From NCBI GenBank assembly GCA_051439425.1, contig JBFRWD010000056.1, positions 1-21,468 of the forward strand: a stretch of DNA of 21,468 bases. Reading direction: 5' to 3'. The notes beneath the pieces were generated by a model. That model ran no database searches. It was not told the origin of the DNA and worked only from the letters and a program-made list of their open reading frames with translations. Source of the DNA: Synechococcus sp. (GTDB taxonomy: Bacteria > Cyanobacteriota > Cyanobacteriia > Thermostichales > PCC-7336). Numbering within the stretch: position 1 is the stretch's first letter; each line of letters opens with the position of its first letter. Made by a program: the position numbers and the translations under genes. Shown here one piece after another: positions 1 to 7,319 of the stretch.

Positions 1-9
1 GGGGAAAAA

Positions 10-513
10 ATGTTTGTTGTTTTACTGGCTGGTTCCTTCTTTGGAATCGCCGCGATCGCAAATGAACTCCATGCAGAAATCAGTCCTCTTTCTACCATGC
101 GAGCAGAGCCCGTCATGCTCGCCACAAACGACTACAACGAAACCCTCGTCTGGTACCAGCAACACTTGGGTTTTCGCATCAAACACGAGTGGACAGTTTC
201 TGAGTTCCCCGACTTGGAGCTGGCCTACTTAGAGAAAAACGGATTCATCATCGAAGTGGTTGCCTCACCGCAGACAAGCGACCTCGAAGCTTCAGATGAC
301 TTCGCAGAACGACTGCAGCAGCCAGGAATCGGACATTTTGCCTTTTTCGTCGATGACGTAGATGCTGCGATTGCCAGCTTGGAGGCTCAGGGCGTTCAAC
401 CAGTCTTACCTCCCACCAGCTTCCCCAATAGCGGTCGTCGAGTTGCCTTTTTTGAAGATAACAACGGCCATCTCATCGAATTCCTAGAAGATCTCCCCCC
501 GAGCGATCGCTAG
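10..513 (+). CDS. VOC (glyoxalase/bleomycin-resistance) family protein, possibly with an N-terminal signal/anchor; may start upstream of the window
   Basis: VOC motifs WYQQHLGF, IIEVV, GIGHFAFFVDDVDAAIASLEAQGV and RVAFFEDNNGHLIEFLE. The frame is open to base 1 (ggg gaa aaa), so the true start may lie upstream. Confidence 0.85.
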   Translation: MFVVLLAGSFFGIAAIANELHAEISPLSTMRAEPVMLATNDYNETLVWYQQHLGFRIKHEWTVSEFPDLELAYLEKNGFIIEVVASPQTSDLEASDDFAERLQQPGIGHFAFFVDDVDAAIASLEAQGVQPVLPPTSFPNSGRRVAFFEDNNGHLIEFLEDLPPSDR

Positions 514-551
514 TCCTACACGGACGGAGAACTGTAGAACACTACCTTGGA

Positions 552-1466
552 ATGCAAGCCATGACTATCTCCACTCCTCTACAAACCATGCAAATGACGT
601 TCAATCTAGGAGGTGACCTCCCTGTCAATCGCCTTGGCTACGGGGCCATGCGCCTCACTGGACAGCCAGGTAATTTTGGTCCTTACGCTGATTGGGAAGG
701 AGGAAAACGACTTCTGCGTCGAGCCGTCGAACTAGGTGTCAACTTCATCGACACTGCTGAAGCCTATGGCCCAGGTGAGAACGAATCCATCATTGCCGAC
801 GCCCTATTCCCTTTTTCGCCAGCAACCGTCATTGCAACGAAAGGGGGTATCCATAAGCCAGCTCCGGATCGCATTCAAGCAGACGGTAGCCCTGAAAGTT
901 TGCGGCGGGGAGTGGAGGGAAGTCTGCGACGATTGCAGCGCAATCGCATCGATCTTTACCAACTGCATCGCCCCGATCCAAAAGTCCCCTTCGCTGAATC
1001 TGTCCGGGCACTGGCAGCGCTACAGCAAGAAGGCAAAATTCGACATATCGGATTATCAAACGTCTCTCTCGAACAGTTGCAAGTAGCTCAAGACATCGTT
1101 CCAATTGCGTCGGTTCAAAACCGTTTCAGTCCCGTCGACCGAACTCACGAAGCTCTGCTGGACTTCACGACTACCGAGAACATTGCCTTTATCCCTTATG
1201 GCTCCTTGGGGGCACACCCCCTCAAGCGCGGCGCACCGCTGGCCAAGGCTGAAGGGGCGCTCGCTCGCATTGCTCAGCAACACGACGCGACTCCTACTCA
1301 GCTAGCACTGGCCTGGATGCTTCATCGAGCCCCGAATATCATCTTGATTCCAGGAACTACAACGATTGGGCATCTTGAGGACAATGTTGACGCTGCAAGT
1401 ATTCAGCTCTCCAAATCAGAATTCTTGCAACTGGATCGAGCCTACCAAGAGCTGGCTGGCGGTTAG
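552..1466 (+). CDS. Aldo/keto reductase
   Basis: RLGYGAMRL, FIDTAEAYG (catalytic D/Y), IATKGG (K), IDLYQLHRPD (H), GKIRHIGLSN, QNRFS and IPGTTTIGHLEDN are typical AKR motifs. Start could be 552, 561 or 588. Confidence 0.93.
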   Translation: MQAMTISTPLQTMQMTFNLGGDLPVNRLGYGAMRLTGQPGNFGPYADWEGGKRLLRRAVELGVNFIDTAEAYGPGENESIIADALFPFSPATVIATKGGIHKPAPDRIQADGSPESLRRGVEGSLRRLQRNRIDLYQLHRPDPKVPFAESVRALAALQQEGKIRHIGLSNVSLEQLQVAQDIVPIASVQNRFSPVDRTHEALLDFTTTENIAFIPYGSLGAHPLKRGAPLAKAEGALARIAQQHDATPTQLALAWMLHRAPNIILIPGTTTIGHLEDNVDAASIQLSKSEFLQLDRAYQELAGG

Positions 1467-1600
1467 ACCTCAGAGAGAAGCAGATTAAAATCGTGCACCA
1501 AATGTTTATACAGCATTGAGCGTGATATTTGCTTGCTCATTCCTAGTGCCCCCAATACCGTTGTAGATAAGTGATTTTCCGCTGAACTCCCATCATAAAT

Positions 1601-2824
1601 ATGGCCATCGGGCAAACTAGTCTTTTCACTCCACCGTCACCTTTAGCCGAACGCCTGCGTCCTCAGCTGTTAGATGAAGTCATTGGACAAGGCCACTTGC
1701 TCAAACCCGGCCGACCGCTGAGAGCATGGCTGGAGAGGGGGGCTCGCCGTTCCGTTTTACTGTGGGGGCCGCCGGGAGTCGGAAAAACGACAATCGCCCG
1801 CTTAGCATCCAGCTATAACAGTCAGTCCGCCTATCGAGAATTAAACGCAGGCTTGAGTGGGGTCGCTGATATACGCAAGTGCGTTGAGCTGGGACGAGAA
1901 CGTGGCGTACTGCTCCTGGCCGACGAGCTACACCGTTGGAGCCGATCGCAAACAGAATGCCTGCTAGAAGCTGTCGAAAAAGGCTGGATTACCCTGATTG
2001 GAGCCACCACCGAAAACCCATTTGTCTCCATTGAACGAGCCTTGCTGTCCCGCATGCAAGTGTTCGAATTACGAGGACTAGGACCACAAGGACTATCCAA
2101 AGCCTTCGATCGTGTCCTTTCCCACCCAGAAGGCCTTAAGGTCACGTTTGACGATGATGCCAAAGACATCGTGCTGCAAAGTTGCGGCGGAGACATTCGC
2201 AGACTCTACACTCTGCTAGATGCCTGTAGCGAACTAGGCGATCGCATCACCGCCGACATTGCCAATGAAGTCTGTACATCTATATATGTGGGCTGTGACG
2301 ATACCGTCTATTACGAATTGGTCTCCGCCCTCCAAAAAAGTATTCGCGGAAGCAGCCCCCAAGCGGCAGTATTCTACTTGGGGCGCTTGCTGGTCGCCGG
2401 GGCCGATCCCGTGCGGGTGGCTCGCCGAGTCTTAGTCACTGCCAGCGAAGACATTGGCTTGGCCGATCCCCAGGCGCTCACCATAGCCAATTCCGCCTGT
2501 CAAGCTGCAGCAACTCTCGGTATGCCTGAATGCCGCTACGCGCTAGCAGAAGCTGTGCTGTATTTGGCTCATGCTCCCAAGAGCAATCGGACGGCGGTGG
2601 CGATCGAGCGCGCCATGCAAGCTGGTCGCTATCCCCATCCCGTCCCACAGCATCTGAACCGCGATCGCGCCAAAGACTATCGCTATCCCCACGACTATCC
2701 AGGCGCGTATGTCGACCAAAACTACTTTCCTCACACCTTAAAGGAACGCGACTTTTTCGAGCCTTCCCACCGAGGATGGGAAGAGAGATATATCAATTGG
2801 CATCCTGCTGATATCCACGAGTAA
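1601..2824 (+). CDS. rarA: Replication-associated recombination protein A (RarA/MgsA AAA+ ATPase)
   Basis: PLAERLRP, Walker A GPPGVGKT, Walker B LLADELHR, LIGATTENP, SALQKSIRGS, ASEDIGLADPQAL, GMPE, PKSN and YRYPHDY match RarA/MgsA. Confidence 0.93.
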   Translation: MAIGQTSLFTPPSPLAERLRPQLLDEVIGQGHLLKPGRPLRAWLERGARRSVLLWGPPGVGKTTIARLASSYNSQSAYRELNAGLSGVADIRKCVELGRERGVLLLADELHRWSRSQTECLLEAVEKGWITLIGATTENPFVSIERALLSRMQVFELRGLGPQGLSKAFDRVLSHPEGLKVTFDDDAKDIVLQSCGGDIRRLYTLLDACSELGDRITADIANEVCTSIYVGCDDTVYYELVSALQKSIRGSSPQAAVFYLGRLLVAGADPVRVARRVLVTASEDIGLADPQALTIANSACQAAATLGMPECRYALAEAVLYLAHAPKSNRTAVAIERAMQAGRYPHPVPQHLNRDRAKDYRYPHDYPGAYVDQNYFPHTLKERDFFEPSHRGWEERYINWHPADIHE

Positions 2825-2938
2825 GCCGCGACGAATCATAAAATGGCCATTATCCACCTCCTCTTGCGCCACTTTGCTTGTGTGCATTTGCCATTTCCAG
2901 ACAGCGAGTTTCCCTTCGGTAGAATACGTCCTGGCGAA

Positions 2939-2968
2939 TTGACACTCGCTTGAAGAATCGCCTATAAC
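2939..2968 (+). promoter_or_regulatory. Candidate sigma70-type promoter for the 3123-9221 cluster
   Basis: TTGACA (2939-2944), 18-nt spacer, TATAAC (2963-2968), about 155 nt upstream of the 3123 ATG. Sequence match only. Confidence 0.4.
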
Positions 2969-3122
2969 AATGGAGCTATGAAAGACGGAAAAGGTCCGGT
3001 TCGAGCCTCTTCCCCGGACTGGTGAGTCGAATAGATGTTGTATTGGCATATCATTGCCTACACTATGAAGCCTCCCCTTCGACCGTTCTGTCCATTGCAT
3101 CCTCAGTCAAGGGGCTATAGAG

Positions 3123-3740
3123 ATGCTAGTACCCGTCAAATATTTCTGCCGATTAAAGATACTCACTTTGCTGACTGGGGTTGGCTTAATGGGGATGGTG
3201 GCCTTTTTTAATCCTCCAGCGGTTTCTCAGCAAGCCGAGCTCCGTCAACTAGAGGAGTTTCTAGCCCCACCTCCCACCGCATTTCCTGAGCCGCAACAAT
3301 TACCAGCAGCAGCTCCGCTTCCGGCAGTGGTCCCCGAACAGTTCTCTACTCCTGACAATACTGCTGCCCCGGTTCGAAATAATCCGTCCAATCCTCAAGT
3401 CCCTCAAGAACGTCCTTCTCAAGTCAGCAATCCTCGCAACCCTTCTCCCGCTCGCCCTGGAACCGAGCGGGTTGAAAGCTCGAATGTTGCAGTCAGGGCG
3501 ACTAGTATTCCCCGCCTAGAATTAGGACCGGAATATGGAGAGGGGAACTTCATTGTGTTGATGACATACGATGGAGAAGATAGCCTTACACTTGCTCGAG
3601 AGTATTCGGCAGGTGCGTTTGTCAAACAGGTTGAGGGGGATCCGTACATTCAATTGGCGGTATTCGATCAACTAGAATATGCGCGTCACTTGGCGAGTCG
3701 TCTGCGCAACCAAGGGCTGTCAGTACTGGTAGCCAATTAA
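3123..3740 (+). CDS. Secreted Pro-rich protein with a C-terminal cyanobacterial SPOR-like (peptidoglycan-binding) domain
   Basis: Basic then hydrophobic N-terminus ending PAVS/Q (signal peptide), P/N/Q-rich linker, and a C-terminal YIQLAVFDQLEYARHLASRLRNQGLSVLV resembling the SPOR pattern Q-L-G-x-F...A...L...G. Confidence 0.65.
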   Translation: MLVPVKYFCRLKILTLLTGVGLMGMVAFFNPPAVSQQAELRQLEEFLAPPPTAFPEPQQLPAAAPLPAVVPEQFSTPDNTAAPVRNNPSNPQVPQERPSQVSNPRNPSPARPGTERVESSNVAVRATSIPRLELGPEYGEGNFIVLMTYDGEDSLTLAREYSAGAFVKQVEGDPYIQLAVFDQLEYARHLASRLRNQGLSVLVAN

Positions 3741-3979
3741 TAGTTAGGCATACTAGAGCACATCTAGTCCGAATAGGCTTTATGGCATCTTTATTGCACC
3801 ATATTTGCTGTTGCGAGAGACCTGCGTGTCTGTGGGCGGACTTGCCTCCACTGAAACTATTGACATGCAATTTGAGCAAGTTACTGCATGCGAGTCTCAA
3901 GACGGGATAACCTAGTGGTTCACCGCTAAGAATTACATTGGGTTCGGGAGCGACCTAGCAAAATCTGCAACATGCCTCT

Positions 3980-6187
3980 ATGACTGAAATTGGTCAACTG
4001 CTAAAAAGTCGGTATTTGATTTCAAACCTTCTGAGTGGAGGAGGGTTTTCAGTCACTTATCTAGCGAAGGATACTCACCTACCTGATTACCCGGATTGCG
4101 TTGTCAAGCAACTCCGACTGTTAAGCAACGATCTGCAGCAGGTAGAGAAAGTTCGAGAGTTTTTCTTCAACGAAGCCAAAATGTTGAGGAAACTGGGAGC
4201 CATTCACGGTCAGATTCCCGAGCTGCTTGCATACTTTACCGACGAAGACAGCGAGAACTTCTACATCGTTCAAGAACACGTTCCGGGCAAAACACTCAAG
4301 CAAATCCTGGGAACCGACCTCAGGCTGACAGAGCCAGAGGTTATATACATTCTGAAAGAGGCTCTCGAAGTCCTTGAATTTGTCCACTCCTACAATGTTA
4401 TCCACCTCGATATCAAACCCGACAATTTAATTTTGCGAGAGAGTGATTTCAAGATTGCTCTGATCGATTTTGGGTCGGTTAAGCAAGTCCGCACCCAGAT
4501 GGCGACATCCAACAGTCTGACCCCCCAGACGACCACTCTAGGCACGCCCGGATACATGCCATGCGAGCAGTCGTTCGGTCGCCCTAAACTCAGTAGCGAC
4601 TTCTATGCTCTGGGCATGGTTGCAATCCGAGCCCTGACGGGAATTCATCCGAAAGAGTTGGAGGAGGATTTAGCAACGGGTGAAGTGATTTGGAAAGAAA
4701 GGACTCACATCCGGCCCGAACTCAAAACCCTCATCGATCAAATGGTGCGCTACCACTTCAACCAGCGCCCTCAGTCAGCTTCAGATATTTTGATAGAGCT
4801 GGCTAAGCTTTCATCCTTCTATTCCGAAGATGTCACCTGTTGTTCGGCTCGTTTGAAACGGATGGTGGGTGGCAGCGACGAGCCTTCCCAAACCCCAATT
4901 AGCCATGACCCAACTCGGCCTAGCGATGCCATGAGGGCACGTTATGAAATGCCGACCATCGTGGCGTCTGAGCCTGCATCTCTAACAGATGCTCAGCAAG
5001 AATCTCATCAACATGCTGCTGCGTCGTCTCCCTCTTCTTCACCAACTCCTGCACTTTCGCCTACTTCCTCCTCTTCATCGTCCCCTTCGAAGCCCTCCCT
5101 TACTTCCATGCCACCAGGGTTAATCTCGAAGTCCGATCCCCAAGTAACGCGCGCACCATCCACAGCTAGCACACCCCGTTCCCAGCGAGCATCTGCCCAG
5201 CCGGTATCTACTCCGATTCCACAGGACTCCTTAGCCCCTGTGAATGCCTATCCAGATACTATTCTTGTTCCTCCTCAAACAAGAGGAACTGCTCCAGTAA
5301 ATTCTGACACGCCGCCTTCCGGTGCGGCCGATCCGAGGTTTAAGGGAGATCGGTTTACTGACTCGAAGGAGGTGGAATATCTCCCTGACAGCGATAAGAG
5401 CTTGCGCCGTCAGTTCAAGATCAAAGTGGCTCCAGTGTTAGTCGTGACAACGGCAATTGGGTTGGGAATGCTGGCCACTTGGGGGGGAGGCCTCTATCTC
5501 GAACACCAGGCTTACACGGCAGAAGATCGCCAGCAATTGCGTCAAGCTCGTGAGTTGGCAGATAGCGATGTGGATCGGGCGATTGAAATTGCTAGAGGTA
5601 TTCAATCAAATTCTCCGTTCTATCCAGAAGCAGTCGATCTACTTGAAGATTTGCAGGGCCAGCAAGTTCTCGCTCGGGAACGGGAGTTGCTTACTCAGGC
5701 GCGTGACCTATCGGTGACAGATTTGGAGGCCGCACTGACCACTGTTCGCGAAATTCCGTCGTCTTCGCCACTGTATGAAGAGGCTCGTTTGGAGGGGTTG
5801 GAATGGCAGGGACAGCTCTTGGAGCAGGACTTGGCCGGCAGTAGTCAAACGTTGGCTACTCTGGCGCCGCAGATTGAGATTCGCGCTGACGTTCTGTATT
5901 TGCAATATGACGGTTCCTCCGATGAAAAATTGATCGGAGAAGAGGGGATTCGACGGGTTGCGATCGCGACCATGTCTGTCGTGCGCTCCCGCTATACCGA
6001 TTTTGACCAGCTGGTTGCATATCCCGAAGGAGAAAACATACAAGGGATGCTCGATCTCGATCTGTGGACGTCTTACGAGCAGGGTGAAATTAGCCTGGAG
6101 CAGCTCCTGTCACAAATCAAAGTGGGAGACCGTTCCTCTAATACTCCCGACCAAGTAGCAAGCTACACTTCAGGACGCTGGGGATAA
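3980..6187 (+). CDS. Transmembrane Hanks-type Ser/Thr protein kinase (cyanobacterial Spk/Pkn type) with a periplasmic repeat domain
   Basis: LSGGGFSVTY, CVVKQL, EAKML, HLDIKPDN, DFG, GTPGYMPCEQ and SDFYALG. These are followed by an S/P/T-rich linker, one TM helix (VAPVLVVTTAIGLGMLATWGGGLYL, about 5426-5500), two 51-aa helical repeats and a C-terminal domain. Confidence 0.95.
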   Translation: MTEIGQLLKSRYLISNLLSGGGFSVTYLAKDTHLPDYPDCVVKQLRLLSNDLQQVEKVREFFFNEAKMLRKLGAIHGQIPELLAYFTDEDSENFYIVQEHVPGKTLKQILGTDLRLTEPEVIYILKEALEVLEFVHSYNVIHLDIKPDNLILRESDFKIALIDFGSVKQVRTQMATSNSLTPQTTTLGTPGYMPCEQSFGRPKLSSDFYALGMVAIRALTGIHPKELEEDLATGEVIWKERTHIRPELKTLIDQMVRYHFNQRPQSASDILIELAKLSSFYSEDVTCCSARLKRMVGGSDEPSQTPISHDPTRPSDAMRARYEMPTIVASEPASLTDAQQESHQHAAASSPSSSPTPALSPTSSSSSSPSKPSLTSMPPGLISKSDPQVTRAPSTASTPRSQRASAQPVSTPIPQDSLAPVNAYPDTILVPPQTRGTAPVNSDTPPSGAADPRFKGDRFTDSKEVEYLPDSDKSLRRQFKIKVAPVLVVTTAIGLGMLATWGGGLYLEHQAYTAEDRQQLRQARELADSDVDRAIEIARGIQSNSPFYPEAVDLLEDLQGQQVLARERELLTQARDLSVTDLEAALTTVREIPSSSPLYEEARLEGLEWQGQLLEQDLAGSSQTLATLAPQIEIRADVLYLQYDGSSDEKLIGEEGIRRVAIATMSVVRSRYTDFDQLVAYPEGENIQGMLDLDLWTSYEQGEISLEQLLSQIKVGDRSSNTPDQVASYTSGRWG

Positions 6188-6333
6188 GGTCGTATACTAA
6201 CTCCGATACATAAAATATTAGATCGGTGTATAGTTTGGGAACGAAAAAACCACAGCTTCGCCCTCCTTTAGTACGGCATCTGAGGTCATGCCTGTCAGTC
6301 GCGTGCCTTACCACTTGGCCAGTGAAGTGGATT

Positions 6334-7023
6334 ATGGCTCGTTCGCTGGGGCGTTTAGCAGTCTGTAGTTTTTCTGGGGTCACAGTTATCGCATCGCCTG
6401 CTGTTGTTTGGGCACAGCCGGACGAACTTCAGCAATTGGAGGATTTCCTTAGTCCACCGCCGACAGAGTCGCTTCAATTGCAGACTGCTCCAGCTCAGCC
6501 TCCTTACCCCGCTCAATCTTTGCCGGCTCAACCTCTTCCCCCAGCCTCCCCGATTCCTCATGCTATTCCTACAACCTCTGCCGAATCTACGGTGGTTACT
6601 CCTCCTTCTAGGCAGCAGCCCTTACCCAGTCAGCCCCTAGTCCAGCCTCAACTAGCAGTTCTGTCCCTCAATAGCCACAGCCCCGGAACATTAGGTAATC
6701 CTAGACAATTGCACGAGGGGTACTACCAGGATTTGTTTCAGTTTGAGGGGCAAATGGGAGAATTGATTCTGCTCAATTTAATTGGTAGCGACGATCCCAG
6801 AATGGAATTGGACCCTCGCTTGCAGTTAATTGCTCCTGATGGCTCAATCGTGGCTGAGGATGATAACGGTGGATATGACTCTGCCAGGGGAGATGCGCGC
6901 ATTGTTCTCATGCTCCCCGACACAGGCTCTTACACGGTTGTGGTCACAACTGCGGATCCTGACGATCGCGGGCGCTACACCCTAGGATTGTTAGAAGTTG
7001 ACGACCCCAGCCAGATTCAGTGA
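6334..7023 (+). CDS. Secreted Pro/Gln-rich protein with a single C-terminal PPC (pre-peptidase C-terminal) domain
   Basis: ATG 6334 gives a plausible signal peptide (MARSLGRLAVCSFSGVTVIASPAVVWA/Q). The C-terminal DLFQFEGQMGE...LDPRLQLIAPDGSIVAEDDNGG...DARIVLMLPDTGSYTVVVT...GRYTL is a typical PPC signature. The ORF-track start at 6226 is probably too far upstream. Confidence 0.8.
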   Translation: MARSLGRLAVCSFSGVTVIASPAVVWAQPDELQQLEDFLSPPPTESLQLQTAPAQPPYPAQSLPAQPLPPASPIPHAIPTTSAESTVVTPPSRQQPLPSQPLVQPQLAVLSLNSHSPGTLGNPRQLHEGYYQDLFQFEGQMGELILLNLIGSDDPRMELDPRLQLIAPDGSIVAEDDNGGYDSARGDARIVLMLPDTGSYTVVVTTADPDDRGRYTLGLLEVDDPSQIQ

Positions 7024-7319
7024 TGATACGCATGCTGGCAAGTACTGCTATCACATCCTGAGACTGACAATTTTTCCCATTCTCTAGCTCTCATCAGATG
7101 TCGTGTGACCGGAGAGTGGGTTGATACCTTCAATCAACCTCTGATAGTACAAAATGCAGTCACTCAATAGGGGAACAAAACGCACTTCATCGTTTTCACG
7201 TCTCCTATTACACTGGGAAATAACTGGCCACCTTATTTCTCAATCGTGTTGTTACGGATTCTCTGACCGATCGAGATACCGTCAAGAACTCATCACTCTC
7301 TAATTGGTTGAACGGATTT

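Noticed and set aside
1467..1600. Possible LexA/SOS box upstream of rarA
   Set aside because: No convincing match to the cyanobacterial RGTAC-N3-DGTWC pattern.
2978..3025. 15-codon ORF (MKDGKGPVRASSPDW) with a GTCCGG/CCGGAC stem, considered as a leader peptide
   Set aside because: GGAG is only 2 nt from the ATG, there is no biased codon run and no terminator; not supportable.
2738..3100. 120-aa minus-strand ORF between rarA and the SPOR-like gene
   Set aside because: Overlaps the rarA 3' end and a candidate plus-strand promoter; no motifs.
5020..5105. TC-rich low-complexity tract, considered as a tandem repeat or array
   Set aside because: Encodes the Ser/Pro linker of the kinase; there is no regular repeat unit.
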